Source: Minisyncoccota bacterium
GTDB lineage: Bacteria; Patescibacteriota; Minisyncoccia; UBA6257; GWB1-50-10
Assembly (NCBI GenBank): GCA_035573955.1
Contig: DATLZO010000019.1
Span: forward strand, 161 to 64,160
DNA length: 64,000 nt
Direction of reading: 5' to 3'
The notes under the pieces were generated by a model. It searched no databases, had not been told where the DNA came from, and worked only from the letters and a program-made list of their open reading frames with translations. Position numbers and translations under genes: made by a program. This document shows, piece by piece, positions 54,107 through 63,704 of the stretch (within the stretch, counting starts at the first letter, position 1; the number at the start of each line of letters is the position of its first letter).

Positions 54107-55153
54107 TTAGGCGAAACGGGCGAGGAAGAATAGAACCAAACCGAAGGTTGTGGCCACCGCCGAGATTATCCAAAAACGCATTGTTATCTGGCTTTCTATC
54201 CAGCCAATTCCTTGGAAATGGTGGTGAATGGGAGCTGAAAGGAAAACTTTTTTACCGCGAAATCTTTTAGAAATAACCTGGATTATAACCGAAAGCGACT
54301 CGCCGACAAGAACTATACCGAAGAATGGGAGGTAGAGCGCCGTGTTGGTTAACATTGCCATAACGCCCAGTGTAATACCAAGAGACATCGAGCCAGTGTC
54401 GCCCATGAAAAAGCGGGCTGGATGAATATTGAACCAAAGGAAAGCGAGGAGCGCACCCAGGATCGCGGCGTTCATGGCAGCCAGGTCGAAGCGTTGGAGG
54501 ATAAAAGCGACGACTGCCATTGCGGCGAAGGAGAAGAAAAGCGTTCCGGCTGCAAGGCCGTCAAGGCCGTCTGTCTCGTTCGCAGAAAATGCCGTGGCAA
54601 CTATGACGAATACGAAGAATGGGATATACCACGGGCCGATATAGATATTCCCTAAGAAAGGAACGTAGAGAACGTCCCAACCGAGTTTAAAGAAAAACCA
54701 CCAAGCGCCTACCAGTGCCACGCCGGTGTAGAGCAGGAGTTTTTGCTTGATGGAAAGCCCTCCGCCGTGCGGTCCTTTGCCCAGAATACCGAACATATCG
54801 TCGATCAGGCCAACCACCGCCGTGAAGAAAAGTGTCGCTAGCGGCAAGTAGGTTTCGGCCCGGTTCACGAAGTCGAAATAATTGGCGAAGCCGTCGAGGA
54901 AGGTCCGAAGAACGAGGAAAACGGCGGCCATTCCAAGAACGGTTGCCCAAATGATGATGCCGCCCATGGTGGGTGTTTGAGATTTGTCTTTGTGAAACCG
55001 ATAAAAAATCGGCGCTGTCTTTTCGTCGCGGATGTTTTTCTTCTTTAAGCCGTACTTCTCTAGAAAGTGCGCTACGAATGGTGTGATGAAGAGTGCGACG
55101 ACGAAAGCGAACGCAAAGATGATGAGAACTCTTACCGCTTCAAATACAAGCAT
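54107..55153 (-). CDS. mraY: phospho-N-acetylmuramoyl-pentapeptide transferase
   Basis: FFMGDTGSMSLG and other MraY motifs; 10 TM helices. Confidence 0.92.
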   Translation of the reverse strand: MLVFEAVRVLIIFAFAFVVALFITPFVAHFLEKYGLKKKNIRDEKTAPIFYRFHKDKSQTPTMGGIIIWATVLGMAAVFLVLRTFLDGFANYFDFVNRAETYLPLATLFFTAVVGLIDDMFGILGKGPHGGGLSIKQKLLLYTGVALVGAWWFFFKLGWDVLYVPFLGNIYIGPWYIPFFVFVIVATAFSANETDGLDGLAAGTLFFSFAAMAVVAFILQRFDLAAMNAAILGALLAFLWFNIHPARFFMGDTGSMSLGITLGVMAMLTNTALYLPFFGIVLVGESLSVIIQVISKRFRGKKVFLSAPIHHHFQGIGWIESQITMRFWIISAVATTFGLVLFFLARFA

Positions 55154-56113
55154 TTAAGGAAATACATAAGCGACTTTTGCCCACTCAAGGAGTTGTGCTA
55201 TTTCCCGGTCGCGATCGCGGCTGCCGAGGATCACAACGACAGTTTTCAATCTGTCGGAGGAAAAGATCGCCACGGCATTCTGTCTGGCTTTTTCGGAAGT
55301 GCCTGTTTTTCCGCCTAAAAATCCGGGATCGTTCACCAAACTGTTAATGTTAATGATTGTCCGGCTAGAAACATCGTTCAAAGGTTGTACGAGCTGGCTC
55401 ACGACCCTGGTCCAGTTGAATATCTGTGGTTCATTTTCGAGGATGTATTTTGTGAGGCGAAGGATATCGCTTGCTGTTGAAACATTGCGGTCATCGAGGC
55501 CGGAGGCATCATAAACTACGGTTTGGTTCATATTGAGTTCCCTGAGCTTTTCATTCATAAGTTGCACGAATTTTTCCTTGCCCAGATGATTTTCGAACGC
55601 GGCGGCGGCATCGTTCGATGACGTAAGGAGCATTATTTTCAGGAGATCGCGGGAAGTATAGACTTCTCCGCTTTTTAAATTACCGGCTTCACCTTCTGTC
55701 GCGACGGCGGCTTCGTCAATGGCTATTTTTTTGTTCTCGCCGATGGATTCTATGACGACGACGGCTGTGACAAGTTTGGTAAGTGAGGCAAGCGGCCATG
55801 ATTTATATGTGTTTAGGTAGAAGAGCGGCCAGTTTTCGTCCAAAGCTTGGACGATGACAGCCTCGGCCGAAACCTTGGGGTCCAGGACCGACCAGTTTCT
55901 TTCTGGCGCTTTTCTTACTTCGGCGACGATTTGCGGTGCAACGCGGGCGGTGAAAAATGAATCCCTCTCAAAAGAGAGATTTGGGGTCGCACTAATCTCT
56001 GCGCCTGCTCTCTTCTCTATTTTTTCTTCTGCCGGCGCGGAATCAATATTGGTTATGGCGGCGGAGACGATTACCACCGCCGCGAGCATGAGAGCTTGGA
56101 ATTTTAAGTTCAT
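55154..56113 (-). CDS. D-alanyl-D-alanine carboxypeptidase (serine type, S11-like)
   Basis: signal peptide; SLTK (SxxK), SSN (SxN), KTG motifs. Confidence 0.85.
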   Translation of the reverse strand: MNLKFQALMLAAVVIVSAAITNIDSAPAEEKIEKRAGAEISATPNLSFERDSFFTARVAPQIVAEVRKAPERNWSVLDPKVSAEAVIVQALDENWPLFYLNTYKSWPLASLTKLVTAVVVIESIGENKKIAIDEAAVATEGEAGNLKSGEVYTSRDLLKIMLLTSSNDAAAAFENHLGKEKFVQLMNEKLRELNMNQTVVYDASGLDDRNVSTASDILRLTKYILENEPQIFNWTRVVSQLVQPLNDVSSRTIININSLVNDPGFLGGKTGTSEKARQNAVAIFSSDRLKTVVVILGSRDRDREIAQLLEWAKVAYVFP

Positions 56114-56655
56114 GGCGTTTCGAAACTCGTTAGAATATTGCGATATTTTTCGAATTCCGGCAACTCTTCCTTCCTGGTCAGGCCGAGGTGTTTTAGGAAA
56201 TCCAAACTCACGCGGTATTTGTAAGCGTGCCTACCTTCCTCGCTTGTTTCCCTTTCCACGAGGCCTCGCATCAGAAGGTTCCGTAGAATGAAACTTGAGT
56301 TTACGCCCCGGACATAGTCGATAGTCGAACGCGGCACGGGACCCAAATAAGCCACAATGGAAAGCGTCTCCAGTGCGGCAGGTGTTAGTTCCTCGCGAAA
56401 TTCTTCTTTCATTAACGTTTCGTTCACTGTCCGGAATTCCGGCTTAGTTGCGATTTGGATGCGTTCGCCGTCCCTCATAAGCGCGAGTCCGCGGTCCTCG
56501 CTCGCAAGGCGTGATTCGAAGGTTGCGACGATGTCGCTTGCTTCTGTTTCTTTCACTTTGAGGAGCTTGGCGATTTTTTTTATCTCCAGAGGTTCACCAT
56601 AGACGAAGAGCAACGCCTCAAGCTCCCCTATTTTCCTGTTATTTTCCATAGTCAT
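56110..56655 (-). CDS. scpB: segregation and condensation protein B
   Basis: ELEALLFVYGEPLEIKKIAKLL winged-helix repeats. Confidence 0.85.
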   Translation of the reverse strand: MTMENNRKIGELEALLFVYGEPLEIKKIAKLLKVKETEASDIVATFESRLASEDRGLALMRDGERIQIATKPEFRTVNETLMKEEFREELTPAALETLSIVAYLGPVPRSTIDYVRGVNSSFILRNLLMRGLVERETSEEGRHAYKYRVSLDFLKHLGLTRKEELPEFEKYRNILTSFETP

Positions 56656-57353
56656 TTCCTCGCAATCTGGATCTCGGCAAAATGCGTTTCCTGTTCGACG
56701 TGGATCAATTCCTCCTTTATCATGTGAAGGATGGCAAGGAAGAGAACAACGAGTTCGCTCCTTGAATTTTCGTTTCGCAGACCGCGTAGGCCCATCGGTT
56801 TTCCCTCAAGCTTCTTTAGAATATCCTCTATCTTCGCTTTCAAATTGATCACCTCTATCTTAATGGTCTCAACGGGCTTCAGGAACCGTTGAAGTTCCTC
56901 AAGGATTCTCTCTAGCGCCGGCGCCAAGTCTTCTTTTGAGATTCCTTCCGGTGGGTAAAAAACCGCTTCCATACCCGAGAGGAATTCACGCGTTGCCATC
57001 ACCTGTTGCTCGTTCCAGAGGGATTTGATATTCTTCTGCGCTCCCTTTAGTTCGGCGTAGATCTTCAATCTTGCTTCTAGGTTCTTTATGTCGGATTCCT
57101 CCTCGGCTGATAGTTCTAAAGCCGGCAGCAGAGTTTTGGATTTTATAAGTATAAGGCGCGAGGCGACGGCAAGGAAATCGGCGATTAGACCGTGGTTTGT
57201 TTTTTCTGCCTCCATCTTTTTCAGGTAGTCCAAAAAATCGGCCGTTACCTCGGAAAGGCTCACGCGTGTTATCTCCAGTTTTTTCTCTTCCACGAGCTCA
57301 AGGAGCTTATCCAGCGGTCCCTTGTATTCGTTCAGAGCGAGCTCATAAGTCAT
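56652..57353 (-). CDS. scpA: segregation and condensation protein A (kleisin)
   Basis: YKGPLDKLLELVEEKKLEITRVSLSEVTADFLDYL. Confidence 0.8.
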   Translation of the reverse strand: MTYELALNEYKGPLDKLLELVEEKKLEITRVSLSEVTADFLDYLKKMEAEKTNHGLIADFLAVASRLILIKSKTLLPALELSAEEESDIKNLEARLKIYAELKGAQKNIKSLWNEQQVMATREFLSGMEAVFYPPEGISKEDLAPALERILEELQRFLKPVETIKIEVINLKAKIEDILKKLEGKPMGLRGLRNENSRSELVVLFLAILHMIKEELIHVEQETHFAEIQIARK

Positions 57354-57374
57354 TTGCTTTGATATAATTTTATC

Positions 57375-57734
57375 ATGTTCAGGATCGGAAAATCAGCATT
57401 GAATCCTATTCTCATCCTTCGTTTGGGTCTCGGTCTTACCTTTGTGTATGCCGGCGCGAGCTCTCTTTCCAATCCATCGAGCTGGATTGGCTACGTTCCG
57501 GAATGGACCGGTTTTATTGCTCCGGCAGGAACGCTTCTCGCTCTCCACGGCGTTTTCGAGCTCTTGATCGGGCTTGCCCTCGCCGCCGGCTTTTATTTGC
57601 CGGCCGCATCGCTCGTCGCCTTTCTCGATATTGGTTTGATTCTCGTTCTCTACGGCGTGGACGATGTCACGTTCCGGGATTTCGGTCTTCTAATGTCCTC
57701 TCTTGCGCTTTTTATCCTTTCTAAAAATAGATAA
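57375..57734 (+). CDS. DoxX-family membrane protein
   Basis: four TM helices, LRLGLGLTFVYAG pattern. Confidence 0.55.
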   Translation: MFRIGKSALNPILILRLGLGLTFVYAGASSLSNPSSWIGYVPEWTGFIAPAGTLLALHGVFELLIGLALAAGFYLPAASLVAFLDIGLILVLYGVDDVTFRDFGLLMSSLALFILSKNR

Positions 57735-57803
57735 ACCGCTATATCTGTGGCAGCAACCCCAGGGAGGCAAAAACGCTTGTCCTCGCCTTAAATGTGGTGA
57801 ATA

Positions 57804-58814
57804 TTAGCCGTGCCGTACAACCATCACGTCACCATCTTCAACCACATAGTCTTTACCTTCTACTTTTAGCCAACCTTTCTGTTTTGCTCCGTTCCAACCA
57901 CCCGCTTCCACTAGGCGCTCGTATTTGACCACTTCGGCCCGGATGAATTTCTTCTCGAAATCGGTGTGAATGACTCCCGCCGCCTGGGGCGCGCGAGTTC
58001 CTCTTTCTATAGTCCAGGCCCGCGTTTCGTCCTCGCCGGTCGTGAAAAAGCTTATCAAGTTTAGAACATCATAGGCCTTTTTTATGAGTTCCGGTACTTC
58101 GGAAACCGTTGCGAGGTCAACCGCGAGATAATCGGCGCCTATCTCCCTTATTGCTGTTACGAGCTCGGCTGGCACGTCTTTCATTGTGCCGTTTAGGAGA
58201 TAAAGCTGTGGTTTGGCGGTCAAAAGGTTCATTTCCCGGAAAAGTTTCCAATACTGTTCGTTGTCCTTCGGGACAAGTCCCAGGAATTTTCCTTTCTCGA
58301 GCATCGCTTTTATCTCGCCGAGCGAATCTTTCAGGTCGACATATTCCTTCTTACCGCTTCGTGCGTCAGATTCGGCTTTCGCGAGCCGTTTTTCCACAGT
58401 TTCGATGTCTTTCAGAGCAAGTTCGGTTTTTATAATCTCCACGTCACGCAAAGGGTTCACGCCGCCTTCCACGTGGATTATGTCGTTGCCTTTGAAACAG
58501 CGCACTACTTGGAGCACGGCGTTTACTTCACGAATATTCGTGAGGAACTGGTTGCCCAAACCTTCGCCTTTGTTTGCTCCTTTCACAAGGCCGGCGATGT
58601 CGTAGAATTCTACTACGGCTGGGACGATTTTCCTGGATTTTGATATTTTTGCGAGAACTTGGAGACGCTCGTCTGGTACCGGCACTACGCCGATATTCGG
58701 ATCAATAGTAGCGAAAGGGTAATTGGCAATATTTACCTCCGCCTTGGTGATCAGTTTGAAAAGCGTCGATTTACCGACGTTTGGAAGACCCACTATGCCT
58801 ATCGAAAGTTTCAT
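57804..58814 (-). CDS. ychF: ribosome-binding ATPase YchF
   Basis: MKLSIGIVGLPNVGKSTLF G1 motif, TGS C-terminal domain; start trimmed to MKLSIG at 58814. Confidence 0.9.
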   Translation of the reverse strand: MKLSIGIVGLPNVGKSTLFKLITKAEVNIANYPFATIDPNIGVVPVPDERLQVLAKISKSRKIVPAVVEFYDIAGLVKGANKGEGLGNQFLTNIREVNAVLQVVRCFKGNDIIHVEGGVNPLRDVEIIKTELALKDIETVEKRLAKAESDARSGKKEYVDLKDSLGEIKAMLEKGKFLGLVPKDNEQYWKLFREMNLLTAKPQLYLLNGTMKDVPAELVTAIREIGADYLAVDLATVSEVPELIKKAYDVLNLISFFTTGEDETRAWTIERGTRAPQAAGVIHTDFEKKFIRAEVVKYERLVEAGGWNGAKQKGWLKVEGKDYVVEDGDVMVVRHG

Positions 58815-59329
58815 TTCACGTAAAAGCGATAATGCTTGTTTGACCATACGGGTCCAGCGTAATCAACGCCGACACGTTTGGACCTTCCGATTTTGGATTT
58901 GGGGATTTTCACGCCCTTATCCTCTATCCAAAGGCCGGTTTTGCGGTTGGCCATAAGGCCGTTGAATTTCAAATCGATTCCGAAGGATTTTGTGACCCTG
59001 CCAGGCCCGCTAACGCCTTTCACTCCCCTTATAAGGACCGCGGCCGGGAAACCTTTCTTACCGGTTACGACGTTTAGCATCCAGTGCATACCGTAGGTAA
59101 AATAAACATACCAGTAGCCGGCCGGGCCAAACATAACAATATTCCTCGGGGTTATGCCCTTGTGGGCATGCGAGGCTGCATCTTTCGGTCCGTCATAAGC
59201 CTCCGTCTCGGTTATCATCGCGCGGATAGTTTTGCCGCGGATTCTGCGGCAGAGATATTTACCCAAGAGTAATTTAGCCACCGCAACAGTTTGGTGTTCA
59301 AAAAACTTCGCGTTTAAAACTTTGGACAT
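58811..59329 (-). CDS. mpg: DNA-3-methyladenine glycosylase (Mpg/AAG family)
   Basis: ITETEAYDGPKDAASHAHKGITPRN, MFGPAGYWYVYFTYGMHWMLNVV. Confidence 0.88.
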   Translation of the reverse strand: MSKVLNAKFFEHQTVAVAKLLLGKYLCRRIRGKTIRAMITETEAYDGPKDAASHAHKGITPRNIVMFGPAGYWYVYFTYGMHWMLNVVTGKKGFPAAVLIRGVKGVSGPGRVTKSFGIDLKFNGLMANRKTGLWIEDKGVKIPKSKIGRSKRVGVDYAGPVWSNKHYRFYVK

Positions 59330-59371
59330 GATTAAAATTTAATTGACGGACAATAACATAAAAAGTTTCAG

Positions 59372-59393
59372 GCGCTATAATTGATTATAGCGC
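59372..59393. promoter_or_regulatory. 10-bp-arm palindrome GCGCTATAAT-TG-ATTATAGCGC between the 59396 gene and mpg
   Basis: read directly; contains TATAAT on both strands. Confidence 0.35.
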
Positions 59394-59395
59394 TA

Positions 59396-59752
59396 TCATA
59401 ATAGAGCTCGCACCTCCTCGATTATTTCTTTCGGGACTGGATTGCGTTCTGGGCTTTTACCCGGGTAGCGCCAGGCCGTTATCACTTTAATTGTTTTTTG
59501 TTTGGGATTTGGAACTTGTGGTTTGGAATTTGCTCGCTTGGCGAGCTTGTACATCACCCAGATTTCCTGATATCTTTTCGTGCCGGCCGGTTGCATCACT
59601 GCGACGGTATCCGGCACTATCCCCTCCTCTGTCCTTTTGGGAAACCTTATTATTCTCTTCACTCGTCCTTCCGAGATGCCGTAATACTGCATCTTCATGA
59701 ACGAGTGCGCCGTCCAGGAATACCGCGCGTCGTTCTTGAGCTTTTTCAGCAT
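59396..59752 (-). CDS. hypothetical protein (118 aa)
   Basis: no confident family; basic protein. Confidence 0.45.
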   Translation of the reverse strand: MLKKLKNDARYSWTAHSFMKMQYYGISEGRVKRIIRFPKRTEEGIVPDTVAVMQPAGTKRYQEIWVMYKLAKRANSKPQVPNPKQKTIKVITAWRYPGKSPERNPVPKEIIEEVRALL

Positions 59753-59755
59753 CGT

Positions 59756-60364
59756 CTATTGTCTTTCGTAGAGTCCGATGAGCAGACCCTCAGCGAGGAC
59801 ATGGCCTTCCATTGCTTTTAAGAGCGCGGACTTAGGTTCGCCTTCCGCGAGATTAAGGACGGTGTCCAAGGCATATACCCTGAACATGTAGCGGTGGGGT
59901 TTTGAGCCCCGCGGCGGACAGGGGCCTCCGTAGCGGGCACTGCCAAAACTTGTCCTTCCCTGAACGGCGCCGGAAGGAACGTTATCTTCCTCGATGTAGT
60001 TTGTCTGAGGGTCAATATTCCAGAGAAGCCAGTGGTCCCATGTGACGCCGCCCGTCGCGTCCGGATCTTCCATGACGAGCGCGAGGCTTTTCGCTTCTTT
60101 CGGGACATTCAGAATTTCTATCAGAGGATTGACGTTATCGCCGTCGCAGGTGTACTTCGGCGGAATGCTGTCATTATTCTTAAAAGCCGAGCTTTTTATA
60201 GTGAGTTTTTCCATTTCTTTTTGGAGGGTGATCCCATTTTCTTGCTTTGTTTGATCTGGTGTTTCCGTCATCGCCGGTTCTTTGTCCTGAAAAATAAATA
60301 GGAAGAAACCGATTATGACGAAGAGAACGACAAATGTTACTATGAGCGGCTTTAGTTCCTCCAT
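59756..60364 (-). CDS. YbhB/YbcL-family PEBP protein, membrane-anchored
   Basis: YTCDGDNVNPLIE, DPDATGGVTWDHW, GGPCPPRGSKPHRYMFRVYALD; start trimmed to MEELKPLIV to avoid overlap. Confidence 0.8.
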   Translation of the reverse strand: MEELKPLIVTFVVLFVIIGFFLFIFQDKEPAMTETPDQTKQENGITLQKEMEKLTIKSSAFKNNDSIPPKYTCDGDNVNPLIEILNVPKEAKSLALVMEDPDATGGVTWDHWLLWNIDPQTNYIEEDNVPSGAVQGRTSFGSARYGGPCPPRGSKPHRYMFRVYALDTVLNLAEGEPKSALLKAMEGHVLAEGLLIGLYERQ

Positions 60365-60377
60365 TTTAGCGCAAAAA

Positions 60378-61616
60378 TCATCTTTCGGGAAGCAGGGCTC
60401 GCCGGTCGTACATGTTCGACGCGTCCCACAACATGAAACCGTCGAGGAGTTCCGGCGAGGATTTTGCTGCATCGTAGACCGCGCTGATCTGCTTACGAAC
60501 CATCTCCGGCGTGTAGTCCGCGCCGAGATCAAAAGCCTGAAGCCATGGACGAAGCTTAACCGATAAGCGATGGCCGGCGACCGATGACGTGCTGGTTGTC
60601 ATAAGTTTCTGGTTATAGTTTATTAGCCGCGCCAAAGCGCTATCCATTGAATATTTTACCACTTCGTAAGGGTGAGTGGCGGGATTTCCAAGACCGAGAA
60701 AGTTCGGAATGTAATGCGATGGATAGACCATTGGCGCGACGTAGTCAAAGCTTTCGTAGGCGTCTTCTATCACTTGGCCAATGCCGTTATCACCGTAGTC
60801 AATCGTGGCTTGGCCGAAAATGTCGGCCGAAAGTTTCGTGTTGGGGAGTTCCCGGCGTAGATAGTGAAAGAATGCGGCAATAATTTCATGTTTTGGTGTG
60901 GTGCCGTTCCAGAAGGGATACGTCACCACTTCTAGATTGCCGTCCGACGGGAAGCGAATGTAATCTAAGTTTATTTCGTCGAAGCCGTGAGTAAGAACGT
61001 CGCGGATTATAGAAAGATTATAATCCCAGACAATTTTAGAAGCAGGGTCCATCCAATATAGGCCTTTATGGTCTTTCCAAACCTCGCCGGTGCGGGAATC
61101 TTTCACTGCGAGGTCGGGACGGGCTAGCGCCAAACGCGGATCTTGGAAGACGGCGAGGCGGGCAATAGCATAGATTCCCTTGTCGTGAAGCCGGCGGACA
61201 AGCGAATTCACGTCCTCTATCCTCACTTCTTCGGCATCGTATTTTTTCACGTCCTCAACGCCGGTTTTGTAGCCGACGTAACCGGAATAGTCCTTGATGT
61301 CAACGACAAGGGCGTTCAGTTCGGTATTGTCAATGATGTTAATGAGATAATCCAGTTTGGAAGGCGTTCCAGCCGACCAATTAGTGGCGTAGATTGCCTT
61401 AACTGTTTCTGGCGGATTTTTGAGGGGTTGGGGCGGCGGTTCGGGGTTATTGATTCCGATTTCTGCGGCAAGTTTGCCGACCCTTGCGCCCGAGGAGATC
61501 GGGTTTATTTCCAAGTCTTTCCTTGAGGCGAAAAATAAGAAACCAGCCGCCGCGACTGTAGCGGCCATCAATACGGTCGTAACGAACTTGGACATGTCGC
61601 TCTCATAATATATCAT
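60378..61616 (-). CDS. putative TIM-barrel glycoside hydrolase-like protein (DUF4015-like), membrane-anchored
   Basis: N-terminal TM helix; NALVVDIKD...GYVGY; start may be MSKFVTTVL at 61595. Confidence 0.55.
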   Translation of the reverse strand: MIYYESDMSKFVTTVLMAATVAAAGFLFFASRKDLEINPISSGARVGKLAAEIGINNPEPPPQPLKNPPETVKAIYATNWSAGTPSKLDYLINIIDNTELNALVVDIKDYSGYVGYKTGVEDVKKYDAEEVRIEDVNSLVRRLHDKGIYAIARLAVFQDPRLALARPDLAVKDSRTGEVWKDHKGLYWMDPASKIVWDYNLSIIRDVLTHGFDEINLDYIRFPSDGNLEVVTYPFWNGTTPKHEIIAAFFHYLRRELPNTKLSADIFGQATIDYGDNGIGQVIEDAYESFDYVAPMVYPSHYIPNFLGLGNPATHPYEVVKYSMDSALARLINYNQKLMTTSTSSVAGHRLSVKLRPWLQAFDLGADYTPEMVRKQISAVYDAAKSSPELLDGFMLWDASNMYDRRALLPER

Positions 61617-61624
61617 TCTAAGAT

Positions 61625-62728
61625 ATGTTGGCCATTTATCGGAAATACAGGCCGACCACGTTCGACGACGTTATCGGCCAGGAACTCACGGTTTCCACTT
61701 TAAAAGAAGCGGCCCGGCGGGATCGCATTGCTCATGCTTATCTCCTTTCGGGCCCCCGCGGTACAGGCAAGACTACAACCGCGCGTCTCATTGCAAAAAT
61801 CGCGAACTGCGAGAAACGCGAGAAGGATTCATCTTTCAGATCCAAGGGCGAGCCCTGCAACGAATGCACCAGTTGCCGGGATATCAATTCCGGCCGGGCA
61901 ATGGACGTGGTGGAAATAGACGCGGCTTCAAACCGCGGTATAGACGATGTAAGGGGCTTGAAAGAAATAATCGCCACCGTTCCCGGATTTCTCAAGCATA
62001 AAGTCTTCATCATTGACGAGGCGCACATGCTGACTAAAGAAGCCTTCAACGCACTTCTCAAAACTCTCGAAGAACCGCCTCCTTACGTCATTCTCATTCT
62101 CGCGACGACGGAAGCAGAGAAGATTCCGGCAACCATCTCTTCGAGAACGCAGCAGTTCTATTTCAAGCGCGTTCCACTCGACAAGATAGCCGGAAAACTC
62201 GAGAGTATTGCCAAGGAGGAGAATATAAAGATATCGAACGAGGCTATAGAACTTATTGCATCGTCGGCGGAAGGAAGTTTCCGTGACGCCGAGTCGCTCC
62301 TTGATCAATTGAGCTCATTTGGCGACGCGGAAATAAGTTTGGATGATGTTGAAAAGGCACTCGGCAAAATCGGTTTCGACAAACTCTCGGAAATCGCCGA
62401 TTATCTTCTCCGCGGGAAGATTGACGAGTCGCTCGGGGCTATTTCGGCCATCGAAGACGGTGGATTCAATCTTTCCCAGCTCGTTAAGGATCTTATTCAG
62501 TACCTCCGCCGCGCCGCGGTTTTGAAGTACAGCCCAGAAATGAAAGCAGATTTCGAGCGCGAGCTAATGAGCGAACACCTGGAGAAACTTGTGGGCCACG
62601 CCAGAATATTTGGTGACAATCACATTGAGCTCATTAAGGCGCTCATTCGTGCCTACAACGAGATGCGCTACAGTGAATTTCCGATTATTCCTCTCGAAGT
62701 TGCCGTTGTTGAATCTCTGAAGAAATAA
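61625..62728 (+). CDS. dnaX: DNA polymerase III subunit gamma/tau (short form)
   Basis: HAYLLSGPRGTGKTTTARLIAK, CNECTSCRDINSG zinc module, DEAHML, SRTQ sensor. Confidence 0.9.
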   Translation: MLAIYRKYRPTTFDDVIGQELTVSTLKEAARRDRIAHAYLLSGPRGTGKTTTARLIAKIANCEKREKDSSFRSKGEPCNECTSCRDINSGRAMDVVEIDAASNRGIDDVRGLKEIIATVPGFLKHKVFIIDEAHMLTKEAFNALLKTLEEPPPYVILILATTEAEKIPATISSRTQQFYFKRVPLDKIAGKLESIAKEENIKISNEAIELIASSAEGSFRDAESLLDQLSSFGDAEISLDDVEKALGKIGFDKLSEIADYLLRGKIDESLGAISAIEDGGFNLSQLVKDLIQYLRRAAVLKYSPEMKADFERELMSEHLEKLVGHARIFGDNHIELIKALIRAYNEMRYSEFPIIPLEVAVVESLKK

Positions 62729-62757
62729 AAAAAGAACCCCGTAAGGGGTTCTTTTTT
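62726..62757. terminator. bidirectional rho-independent terminator
   Basis: AAAAAA-GAACCCC-GTAA-GGGGTTC-TTTTTT. Confidence 0.6.
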
Positions 62758-62765
62758 AAGCGCGG

Positions 62766-63233
62766 CTATCGGGAAACTGAGATAGACTCGGAAAGTTCCG
62801 CCGATGGCGCCGTTACCGTTATCCTTCCGGTCGTCGCGTCGCGGGAGACGTTGTAACCCGTGTCGTAGTTCGTGTTGTCGGTATAGTAGGCGGCGGCGTC
62901 TGACGGATCGAAGGGCATTATCGAGATATAGGTCGGCACCAAGCAAGGACCGATATTGTACGTGCTCGATGCGATCCTTGTCGTTGAGGTTGGGATCGCG
63001 CCAGCAGCGCAGCCTGTCTCAAACAATCCCTTGTTGTCGGCCATTCTCTGGCCAATGGCATTTAGTATCGTGTTCACGTTCGACCAGCGCTGGGTGTTCC
63101 TCGCTTGGGCGAACTGGCGCGCAGGATTCAGCGCGATGATGACGACGGCCGCCAATATCGCGATGATGCCAATGACAACGAGAAGTTCGATTAGCGTGAA
63201 GCCTTTTCTGTCCATTTTTTTCCGTTTTTCCAA
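62766..63233 (-). CDS. type IV pilin (prepilin-type N-terminal cleavage/methylation domain)
   Basis: KGFTLIELLVVIGIIAILAA class III signal peptide. Confidence 0.8.
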   Translation of the reverse strand: MEKRKKMDRKGFTLIELLVVIGIIAILAAVVIIALNPARQFAQARNTQRWSNVNTILNAIGQRMADNKGLFETGCAAGAIPTSTTRIASSTYNIGPCLVPTYISIMPFDPSDAAAYYTDNTNYDTGYNVSRDATTGRITVTAPSAELSESISVSR

Positions 63234-63266
63234 CGTTCGACCTTGAATGAATTTATTATAGCAAAA

Positions 63267-63704
63267 TCAAAAACCGCTAACTTCCTCCAACGAGAGGTTT
63301 TCTAGAGTGGAACCGTCAACTGTCAATTTCAGATTAGTAGAACGCCCGCCAATGGTCGAGGATGCCTTAATTACTTTGTTTTTACCCTCGGTTTCGATGG
63401 GCAATATCGAACAATCATAGCCGCCTATATTGATGTTCTCGCCTCCGGAGTAGGCGCCGGTTTTCATCCGGAGCTTGGCGTGCTCGAGGCAACCCAAAGC
63501 AACCTCGCGCCCGGCACCTTTCTCCTCGAAACCGGCCGTATCAAACCGCCCGAGATAGTTGGAGCTCGAAAAGACTAAGGCGATCACTATAACGATGGCC
63601 GTGATGATGACAGCCGAAATGACTGCAATATAGCCTTGTATCCCTCGCGACGGCGATTGTTTAACGCGGCAGGACATAGAAAAAGGTTGTTGTCGCGACC
63701 ACAT
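63267..63704 (-). CDS. hypothetical membrane-anchored protein, possible minor pilin/pseudopilin
   Basis: G-YIAVISAVIITAIVIVIALV hydrophobic N-terminus lacking Glu5; adjacent to the pilin gene. Confidence 0.35.
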   Translation of the reverse strand: MWSRQQPFSMSCRVKQSPSRGIQGYIAVISAVIITAIVIVIALVFSSSNYLGRFDTAGFEEKGAGREVALGCLEHAKLRMKTGAYSGGENINIGGYDCSILPIETEGKNKVIKASSTIGGRSTNLKLTVDGSTLENLSLEEVSGF

